Source: Hormiphora californensis (taxonomy: Eukaryota; Animalia; Ctenophora). From it: a DNA stretch of 64,000 bases. Below, one piece after another: positions 22,536 to 42,618 of this stretch. The stretch's first letter is position 1. Every line of letters begins with the position of its first letter. Under the pieces are notes generated by a model. That model searched no databases and had not been told where the DNA came from. It saw only the letters and a list, made by a program, of their open reading frames with translations. The stretch is from assembly GCA_020137815.1 (NCBI GenBank), contig CM035350.1, positions 1,364,001-1,428,000 on the forward strand, given 5' to 3'. The translations under genes were made by a program, and so were the position numbers.

Positions 22536-25500
22536 ACGCCCGAAGGATAAGTGGATGGGTTCTACGTGCTTTCAAAACAAGACAGCCCAAGACAATGCTC
22601 ATCCTCTACAAAAGTCTCGTCAGAAGCAAGCTGGAATACTGCTGCCCACTCTGGGACTCGCCCAAAATCTCTGACATTATAAGTGTTGAAGCAGTACAGA
22701 GAAAGTTCACCAAACGCATTCTTGGAATGAGCGACCTGAGCTACTGGGATCGATTGAAAAAACTGAACTTACATTCCATGCAGCGACGTCGGGAACGCTA
22801 CTCTATCATCATGGTTTGGAAGATGGCGAACGGAAGTGCCCCTAACAACATTGGGCTGACATTCCACAATAATACAAGACTTGGAAGGAAAGCTGAGGTT
22901 CCAACATCCCCCACCACCACACAAGTGTCTGTCGCTACGAAGTACCATAACTCCTTTGCCTGCAGAGCGGCTCGACTTTGGAATACTCTACCAAGCAACG
23001 TGAATACGGCAGAAGACCTAGCCTCATTCAAAGTTCTCCTTGGTAAATGGCTGAAGAGATTCCCAGACCGTCCCCCGGTGACTGGATATTCTCGACAGAA
23101 TAATAACTCAATTCTTGACTGGGCACGAATAGCTTCCAGGGAGGGGGAGGCTCTATGAGGAGCTGACACCTGTGCAGTATCTGCACAAAGAGGACTACAA
23201 GACTACAAGACTACAAGATGTCAAGAGGATCACCATCACGATGTCAATCAACTCCAGTCACCTTACGACCTGATTCTCACCTACTCTCATTCTTTACGCC
23301 TCGTTCTGAATTCCCATCATTTGGTTCAAACGATTCCAACACTTTTGACTCTGAAATATCATTCAACAAACATTCAGAATGTCATGATGAGAGTAACGAT
23401 TCGACTGATGAGTGCATTAGAAATATCAGAAATGCTCTGTCAATTGATGCCGTGTGCTGTGAGTGCAGTGAGAAGATATACTTTGCCGAGTTCGTTAGTT
23501 GCACTGCATGTAGCAATCTCATCCACCCACAGTGTGTCACACCAGCACAACCACCCACAAACGAGTTATCTCCAATCCCAGATTACTCACCAACCCTCTG
23601 TTTAGCTTGCTCGGATGTAAATCAGGGCCCACCACCGAGACCGCAGCTATCTCAGGTGAATTGTTGGGGAGATTTGAATGCAGAGGAGGTATTCGTGAAG
23701 CTACAGGCTCTTGCACCACTAATCAGCACCTGGGCTCCCAACTTGTTTGAGGTTCCATTTGGAGCAGTTGGCAGAGGTTTCATCGATGAACTCACTAGGC
23801 TGGCAAACCTTTTCGCGACATCCACTGCTGCGGAGTCTTATGCATTATCAGCCCTAGTGCTAGCTCCTGCACTTCTCCTGCAGAAACCGAGCAAAAAGTC
23901 CAAGGTTGGTGGACATAAAAACCTGTTGGAGCGGAGACTTGAGCTATGGAAAAGTGGGAAATTTGATCAGTTATTCCGTGAGGCTGCTGCAATCCAGAAA
24001 CCTCTGAATTACCAATCCCCCAGTGAGGAGCGGTGTAACAAACGGTTCGTCGATCTAATGAGAAACGGACAGACCAGTGAAGCCACGGGATGGCTTGACT
24101 CTTCCAGACACACATGTGGAGTCAAAAGCTGCACTGACGAGGTACTCCTCGACCTTGAAAAGAAGCATCCACCCGCTTCACCTATCAGCAGCAAATATGT
24201 ACACAGTGACCCACCTGCCGACCACCAGCCAGTCACATTTCAGGGCATAACCGGTGAGAGCATTTACAAATGTGGTTTAAATATCAAAGGTTCAGGTGGT
24301 CCCAGTGGTTTTGACGCCTCCGGGGTGAGCAGAATCCTATGTGCAAAGAAATTCAAACAATCGTCTACGGCACTGTGTGATGCCTTGAGTTTGGTTGCCC
24401 AGAAACTTGCAACTACCGAAGTTCATGGTGACTTTCTTGCAATATTCTGCTCGTCTCGCCTGATTCCACTGGAGAAGACAGATGGAGGTACTCGGCCAAT
24501 CGGTATTGGAGAAGTGTTCAGAAGAATAGTCGTCAAAGCTATTATCTTCTCCCAGCGTGTAGCGATTAAAGTTGCTGCAAACTGTGTACAGTTGGCTGCA
24601 GGGCAGTCTGGCGGCTGTGAGGCAGCCATTCATTCACTATCCGATCGGTTTGAGGAAGCTGATTGTGAGGGTGCTCTTCTGTTAGATGCAAGTAACGCCT
24701 TCAATCGCTTGAACAGAGGACTTGCGCTGCATAGTGTTGACAGACTTTGTCCCATACTTGCACAACTGTTCAACAATCTATACGGGGCACCATCACCATT
24801 GTACGTCGGAAACCAAGTGTTGATGAGCGAAGAGGGTGCCACGCAGGGCTGTCCATCTGCAATGGCAATGTACAGTATCGGCATTCTCCCCCTGATTAGT
24901 CTGGCTGATCTCGAAGATGTACTGCAGGTATGGTACGCTGACGATGGAAATGCTGCAGGAACCATCTCGGGACTACATGAGTGGTACGAAATCATCACAA
25001 CACACGGTCCAGCGTTCGGGTACCATATCAACCCCGATAAATGTGTCCTGATCGCAAAGGAGCACCACCTGGAGAAGGCACAGGAGTTATTTGGTGAGAC
25101 CGGTGTACAGATTACAACTGCTGGTGCCAGACACCTCGGTGCAGCAATCGGATCGACTGAATTCAAGACAACATTTGTTACGAACAAAGTTTCCGAATGG
25201 GTGAGCTGCCTTGAAAACCTGGTTACTGTTGCGAAAACTCACCCCCACCTTGCATATTCGAACTATGTCCGCAGTTTGAAAATGAAGTGGTCGTACCTGC
25301 AGCGAACACTACCTGATATAGGGCACTTGTTCCAACCTATGGAAGACATCCTGAGGCACAAGCTGATACCCCTATTTGTGGGAAAGCATATCTCGGACAT
25401 TGAGAGGAGGATCCTAGCACTCCCCGTCAAGATGGGAGGTTTGGCATTGGAAAATCCGGTACAAACGGCTAATCAAGAATACAATAATTCCCGTTTTGCT

Positions 25501-26982
25501 ACCGGACCACTAGTGTCTCTTATCCTGGCGGAAGAGGACTGTCCAAATAACATCATGGATGCCGAGATGAAAAGCGGAAAGTTGAAGAAGAAGTGTGCCG
25601 ACGCCACTGATGAGAGGCATGCAACGGAACGTACAGATATCTTTGCAGTACTTGATATGAAGACACAGCGTGCGATGGAGCTGTGCTCCGAACCCGGTGC
25701 TTCTAGTTGGCTAACTGCTCGACCGCTGCAGAAACTGGGCCATGAGCTCAACCAGGTTGAGTTTGTCGATGCCATTCGGCTCAGATACGGCTTCCACTTC
25801 CCGGACCTGATAGGGAAATGCGGCTGTGGGGCACAAAACACCAGTGACCACGCCTTGATCTGCAAGGTTGGAGGCTTTGATATGTGGAGACATGACCACC
25901 TTCGGGATACCTTAGCCGATATCCTTCGGTATGCGGGATTTAAACCCGTTAACACTGAACAGCCAATGTTGCCCTGTGACGGATTCAACCTGCCAATCAG
26001 TGCAAATATCAAAGCCGAAGCACGAATGGACATAGTCTGTCGTGGCTTATGGTCTGACATGCAGGCCAGTTTCATGGATGTACGGGTGTTCCATCCTAAT
26101 GCCCCATCCTACCTGAAGATGCCCATCACGAACCTGTATAAACAGCACCAAAATCAGAAGAAACTTGCCTATATGCGAAGGGTGCAAGAAGTGGAGCAGG
26201 GTTCCTTCACGCCCCTCGTATTCTCCACGTCGGGAGGTTTTGCCGGAGAAGTAGGGAAGGTTTTGGAGCGAGCGGCCAGGAAGATCTGTGACAGGCACAA
26301 GGAGAGTTACGCTGAAACCATGTCCTTCATCCGAGAAAAGACACGATTCAGTTTGTTAAGATCAACTCTTGTTGCGCTTCGGGGAACCAAGAGAAGGGTT
26401 GTCCCAGTCAGTGTGGAAGATGTAGACTTTCGAGACAAGTGAGCAGAGAGAGGGAGTATGAGAGTATGACGGTGTGTGGGTAATTTATTATAATTTATTG
26501 CTTTCTAAGAAGATTCAAGATCTGACTGTTGAGTGTGGGCACTTGGCTTGTGCCGTCAAAAGCCTTCAAACGCCTATCACACATAATAAATTTCAGTGGT
26601 CACTTTTAAGACATAACCTGAGTCCTGACTAACTCCTCAGAAAGGCACGAAACCTCAAAGACTCCAAACAGTTTTCGGCTGTTTATCTCTCTCCGGATCT
26701 TACGCCCTCTGAACTGAAAGAGCAAAAAGCTCTAAGGTCCACTTTGAAGCGGATACGATCAGAAGATCCTGACGGCTGCTACTTCATCCGTAATAATCTT
26801 ATCCAAGTGGGATAGTTCCCCACTAACTCACCGTTATCAGAGAACCGTGCTAGGAGCAGGCAGTCTACTGCAGTCCCTTTCAAATTAAGGAAAACGAGTT
26901 GTCTGTATACAAACTGTGTCAGTGCGGGATATAAACTGTTACTATTATTATTATTATTTTGATGTCGGTCCCAATGGAAACA
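22536..26982 (+). repeat. Near-identical second copy of 18029-22476 (LINE ORF2 3' end + tail + CRE ORF + downstream relic)
   Basis: 4447 bp versus 4448 bp. Differences I could see: two synonymous changes in the LINE part (GTG/GTA, CGC/CGA) and one indel. Confidence 0.95.
23218..26442 (+). CDS. Intact CRE-clade protein: PHD + RT + CCHC + restriction-like endonuclease (1074 aa)
   Basis: PHD CCEC...CTACSNLIHPQC...CLAC. RT GPSG, TRPIGIGEVFRR, LDASNAFN, EGATQGCP, WYADD, RHLGAAIG. CCHC CGC...HALIC plus RHD. RLE RMDI...FMDVRV...KKLAY...FTPLVFSTSGG. Confidence 0.95.
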   Translation: MSRGSPSRCQSTPVTLRPDSHLLSFFTPRSEFPSFGSNDSNTFDSEISFNKHSECHDESNDSTDECIRNIRNALSIDAVCCECSEKIYFAEFVSCTACSNLIHPQCVTPAQPPTNELSPIPDYSPTLCLACSDVNQGPPPRPQLSQVNCWGDLNAEEVFVKLQALAPLISTWAPNLFEVPFGAVGRGFIDELTRLANLFATSTAAESYALSALVLAPALLLQKPSKKSKVGGHKNLLERRLELWKSGKFDQLFREAAAIQKPLNYQSPSEERCNKRFVDLMRNGQTSEATGWLDSSRHTCGVKSCTDEVLLDLEKKHPPASPISSKYVHSDPPADHQPVTFQGITGESIYKCGLNIKGSGGPSGFDASGVSRILCAKKFKQSSTALCDALSLVAQKLATTEVHGDFLAIFCSSRLIPLEKTDGGTRPIGIGEVFRRIVVKAIIFSQRVAIKVAANCVQLAAGQSGGCEAAIHSLSDRFEEADCEGALLLDASNAFNRLNRGLALHSVDRLCPILAQLFNNLYGAPSPLYVGNQVLMSEEGATQGCPSAMAMYSIGILPLISLADLEDVLQVWYADDGNAAGTISGLHEWYEIITTHGPAFGYHINPDKCVLIAKEHHLEKAQELFGETGVQITTAGARHLGAAIGSTEFKTTFVTNKVSEWVSCLENLVTVAKTHPHLAYSNYVRSLKMKWSYLQRTLPDIGHLFQPMEDILRHKLIPLFVGKHISDIERRILALPVKMGGLALENPVQTANQEYNNSRFATGPLVSLILAEEDCPNNIMDAEMKSGKLKKKCADATDERHATERTDIFAVLDMKTQRAMELCSEPGASSWLTARPLQKLGHELNQVEFVDAIRLRYGFHFPDLIGKCGCGAQNTSDHALICKVGGFDMWRHDHLRDTLADILRYAGFKPVNTEQPMLPCDGFNLPISANIKAEARMDIVCRGLWSDMQASFMDVRVFHPNAPSYLKMPITNLYKQHQNQKKLAYMRRVQEVEQGSFTPLVFSTSGGFAGEVGKVLERAARKICDRHKESYAETMSFIREKTRFSLLRSTLVALRGTKRRVVPVSVEDVDFRDK

Positions 26983-27502
26983 GCTTTTAACTTTTAAGGC
27001 TACTCCTCTTCTCGTCAGCTAATTTAATGTATGATTTACATTTCCAGAAACACATAAACCCTTCAAATCTCTGTTATTACAGAAACACCCAACACATACT
27101 TAGTTTGTTGAGGGATGCTGGTGACAGTGCTCAACAGTGAACTGGAGCTTTAAAAAAATTTAAACGAGTAGTTTAAATTTGTGAATACATACCTAAATAG
27201 ACCAGAATTATACCGAAAACTGCAAGCCTACCGCCCATCTTTTGCAAGGTTGTTGAGTAACATCCAATTTACACCAACTAGCTGCATATTTTCTCACTGC
27301 TGATTACTACAACAAGTTTAGCTAGCTCTCATTGCAGGCTAAGTTTATTAGTGATGAAGTCAGTCCTGAAATTACACTGTGTATCTACTATACAGACGGT
27401 ATCTAATGACACCACTGTACTGATCTATAGTGATGAAGTTAGCACTTAGAAACAACACTGCACTGTATATCTAACACCACTGTACTGATCTAGTGATGAC
27501 CG

Positions 27503-37613
<10,111 letters not shown>

Positions 37614-37916
37614 TGTGTTGTTGTTGGCAAATTGAGAAATACATTGATTAACTAAATCAGCAAAAAACTATAATAACGGAATCGTGTTCAGAATTAATGT
37701 CAGAAAATTATTATTAGAGATTGAGAGAAGGAGGAGAGATTGTAGTAGAGGCCAGCCTACACCCTACACACTCTCTCCCAATTGTGTGTCTTTGTTTTTG
37801 TAGTGTTTTTAGTTTGTGTCTACATTATAATAGTTCACACAACAATTAAACTCAATTTCTTCCCTGCCTCCTCTCTTCAATATGTCGGAATGCTCTGTCA
37901 AATTCGTTGGGATCTT

Positions 37917-40396
37917 TCACAGCGTAATCTTGAAACTCCTAGAAAATAAGAATTGGTTAGTAAACCAAACCAAACCAAAAACAACAGGGGAAACAAGATG
38001 TGATATTTTTGTTTTCCCGTGAAGTTTGTAGGACCTATAAATAACTGCGCGCGTCTGTTTGGATCAGCTTGCTCGCGCCAACACCTCTACAGTTCTTCAT
38101 CCCGCGCCCTCCTGTTGATTCCCTTTTATAAAGTGAGGTGTGTCTGATCGATATCTGTATCATGTGATAACTGTGTAAGAAGTGATTACTGTGTGAAAAG
38201 TGACGTTATGTCCCACACAGTGTGACTATTACTCACTCTTCAAATCCGTTGAGTTTGCTCATGCCGTGTTTGAAATCTAGATACGAGATAGTACCATCGT
38301 CATCCATATCCATCTCTCTGATCACCTGGATAGGAAGCTGCAATTAGGGGAGGGTGGGGGGAGATAATGAGGGGTCTTTTGGTAGTAGTGGCTCCTCTTT
38401 TTTGTAGACAAACAGAGGAAAATGCCAGATTTGCTCTACAGTTTTTACAGCTTTGAATCAAGGTACAGAAAATCAGATACGAAGTATAAACGGGATAAAA
38501 AGATAATCAATAATCATCCAGACAACAATCAATGATTTACAATTTATTGAACATAACGGACATTTCCACAGTTAATCAGAACTTACATGCTGAACAGTTA
38601 GTTTAGTTAGCTCACTATGTTGCTCTAGCCTCCATTTGATGTAGGGCTGCTAATTGATATAATCAGAGCTGCTAATTGGTATGATCAGAGCTGCTAATTG
38701 GTATAATTGGCTAATTGGTATAATCAGAGAAAAGGTGATAGGTTTTTATCCAAGACATGGTGCATAGTGAGATGATCAGCAGGGGAGACACCTACACGCT
38801 GTACAATTTGCCTGCGCTCCTCCCCTGTTAGGGACGTGGTATTGGACCCCAGTACATCAACATCACCATCACCAGACTGCTGTTGTAGTTACCATGACAA
38901 CAAGGTGTTAGGAGAGGCCTAATATACAGACACTTATATATACAGACACTTATATATAGCAATTAGAACGATACTAAACATCATGTTCTCAACATACACA
39001 CAGATATTATTACACAAACACACATTACACCCACAAATAGTACACAGACACACTTTATTGTTACACACTCAATATATTCCAGCGACATGGAAATGTGTGG
39101 AATGATTACTGCACGCGTGGGTGGTTATGTGTAGTTTAAGAACTAAGTATTGTTTCCAATCTGAATCGTCCACTCCTATTATTATGTGGAACCCCCCAGG
39201 GGGTCCCCTGGTGTTAATATCATTACTTCACAAACCCTACCCCCAGATCTAATAAAAATGAACTTACATTATTGACAACTTTCTGTCTATCCTCAGTGTT
39301 CAGATTGCCACCTGTCACAGAGGGTTGGATGAGGAACAGGACAACTTTCTCTAAATCCTTCTCACATATCTCACCATCATCGTTGAAGTCTGAGGAATGG
39401 AATGAAATATTAGAGAGAGAGAGGTGTGATGAAGAAGTTACTGGGTGAGTAAGGGTGCATAAAGTTCTTTGGAGCATATTATATTGGTACAGACCGTCGC
39501 ACAGAAATGATCACAGAAATCAATGTAAAACTTATATTCAAGTTGGTGAAACTCTGCTGAATGTAGCCTCTAATTTCATTTGAATTACAGCTGTGCTTCT
39601 AAACACTCTCTTGCTCTATCTCTCTCTCCCCAGCTATCACAGTGTTATATCTGGCCAAACACTACCGGGCACACACAACACATTACATCACTTACTATCA
39701 TGCTTACACACACTGCTACTACTGACCATATATCCTGAAGGCGATATCTATCTTGGTATTAAGTGGGGCCTTGCTACTGAATTGAGACATCATATCAAGA
39801 AACTCCTCAAAATTCATCCTGCCATCACCAGTCTGAGAGAACACATCCAGTATCCTCTCATTGAATGGGTTAGCCTGGGGGTGTCAGGGGGTTAGCCTGG
39901 GGGTGTGAGGGGGCGTGAGCAACTCATTAACCGGGTTAGCCTGGGGGGTGTGTCATACTCATGGGGTTAGCCTGGGTCAGAGTGTGAGCGACTGGGGCTC
40001 GACCCTCGCTGTTCAAAACACACGAAACATACGATTAGGGGATGTAATGTTTGAACAATGGGAATGTAACTTCCAATTTGTAACATCTTCTCGAGAAACA
40101 TACCGCTAGCTCAGGTAGGCTAAGAATTTCTGGTTTCGTTAGCACTGGGTTCCTCTCAGCCTTCGCTTTCTCCGGGGAGAGGGCACAGAACCGCTTGTGG
40201 ACACTGAAAATACAGAGAATAGCAGCACTGTTTAACATGCAACATATTAGTGGAGAATGGAGATGTGTCTCAGTAGAAATGTGTTGGAGGAGTTTCCCCA
40301 AGAGACTTACTGTAAGACTTCTCTCTTGGTGAAATATGTCAAATCTTGGAATTCTGCTAGTTCTTCTTGGTTATATCTCGATGCATTTTGACCCAT
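37917..40396 (-). CDS. CIB (calcium- and integrin-binding) family EF-hand protein
   Basis: MGQNASRYNQEELAEFQDLTYFTKREVL, HKRF...LPEL, ANPFNERILDVFS..GDGRMNFEEFLDMMSQFS..AP...KIDIAFRIY|DFNDDGEICEKDL, EMDMDDDGTISYLDF, and C-terminus SFKITL*. Confidence 0.9.
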
Positions 40397-40580
40397 ATCT
40401 AATGAGGGGATTTGTTACAATTCAAGTTCAATTCAAGTACAATTACAAGGGGATTTGTTACACTTACAAACTTTAATATCACTAGCGCACCCATTGAGTG
40501 CGCCTCAAGTAAGGGCTTTTTGATAACCCACCCGGCTTCGCCGGGTGGTTCTTTTTGCCCCTTTCAACGTCTATAAAACG

Positions 40581-40594
40581 GTTGCCATGGCAAC
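40581..40594. promoter_or_regulatory. Perfect RFX X-box upstream of the CIB gene
   Basis: GTTGCCATGGCAAC palindrome, about 185 bp upstream of the ATG. Confidence 0.6.
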
Positions 40595-42618
40595 TGAATT
40601 GGTAACTATGGGGACTGGCATGTTAAAAGTCATTCGAAAAATATTAACAGACTTCCACTGGAAGTTCCAAAGTGTGAATGACAGCTTATACACCTTTGGT
40701 CATATGAAGTGTTTTATGAAGGAGCACTGTCGCTTAGATACCGCTGAACGAACGACCACCACTTCGACGTCGTTCATCTCCAAATTATAATAGAGATGGG
40801 TGGTTGAATAAAGGTCCTCCCGCTATAAAAGCAGGCAAGTCTGTTTTAGCGCTAGGGTGTATTACATTACCGAGGATCTATCATCTAAAGACCTCAAATC
40901 TAAACCTGTTTAACCACCAACTTCAACAAGAATTATTCCATTTGCCCACCCTTCATACGTATCATAATATTATCATATAGGATCACGATACCAAGGCTTG
41001 GTCATATTCATATTGTAATGTGAAATACATGATAGGTGTATAGATTTTGCCTCACTTCACCTCACACCCTGACCTAACTATTTAACATCCGACCAGTCCA
41101 ACCACCACGATCGCAAAATAACGATGTTAAGTCGGATTTTTGAAGTTGTCACCCCTTTTCACGCACAGCGTTTAAGTTTAAGTTTATGCACAATTTATCA
41201 CAAAGTCACACACATTAATATATAACTTCGTCCCGCTCTTACACCATACACCAATAAAAGTGATACAAGGCTGAGAGGTGAAAATATACAGTTCACATCA
41301 GCGGTTTCCTAAAGCGGTTTAAACAATACTTAGAGACAGTGAAACATATCCTAGTAGCATTGGATGCACAAAAACGAGGAACAATGGAAAATAGAAAACT
41401 GAAACAAGGTGATGAACAAACAAAACAAGCAGACAGACATAAAAACAGATTAAAAACAGATTAAACACAAAGTCACAGACGCAAAACACAACATCAACAG
41501 TCAATACAAAACGGTTAATGCAAAAACATGATAACAAACTTACAAGCACATTCACAGACAAACAAACAATCACAAACACATATACACAGATTCGGTAATA
41601 AATTATAAATTAGCTGTCCTTCAAACACACACTCACTGAAGAGTCCTTGACAAGTTTTTTATCGAGAAAAACGTATTGAGAAAAACGGTATGTATGGGTC
41701 TTCTTTCTTCATTCTTCGGCATAAAACTCAGCCAATCTGGAACCTCAGCTACTCAAACTCTGCTAAACAACTCAGAGGCCAGAAAAAATGTTAACAATTT
41801 ACACAAAATGCACACTTGAAAATATTAACTCATTGACTCAGTCATGGGTGGTCCCTCTACTAAGTCTCAGGTAGATGTAGGAAGGAATGGTGTAGAAAGT
41901 AGGAAGGGATGTAGGAAGGAATATAGGAAGGAATGGTGCAGAATAGAGACAGTAGGTCATAGGTGGGATGTAAGGGAGCTGGAGAGAGGGTCTGGAAGAA
42001 GAGACAGCACCCAGGACACGGGAAACCCAGGAACGAACCAGGTAAGGACAGGGAGGCAGACTATTTAGTTCCAGGAAGAAATGATGTAGGATTGAGAAAG
42101 CAGGTCATAGGTGGGATATAGGAGAGCTTGAGTGTGTTGGTCTGGAAGTAGGGCGTGGTGGCAATGGTAGCGAGAGACAGCAGACAGGTCACGAGAACCT
42201 AGGTACGAACCAGGTAAGGACAGGGAGGTAGACTATTTAGTTCCAGGAAGAATTGATGTAGGATTGAGAAAGCAGGTCATAGGTGGGATATAGGGGAGCT
42301 TGAGCGTGTTGGTCTGGAAGTAGGGCGTGGTGGCAGTGATAGCGAGAGACAGCAGACAGGACACGGGAACCCAGGAATGAACCAGGTAATGCCAAGGGAG
42401 GGATCTATTTCCCAAAAGTTGTGAAACAGGATCAGATTTAGAACCGCATGCAAGGAATAGTATAGGCAAGGAATAATGAAGCGTTTATGTGCGGAGCTGG
42501 AGCCTGGGGGAAAACAACGGATTTACTGTGAAGTTAACTGGACTGGGTGCCCAGGAAATTATGCGGGTAGATTTGTGCCGGGAAGATGGTGCGGTGCTGA
42601 TAGAATGCCGAGTGAGGT

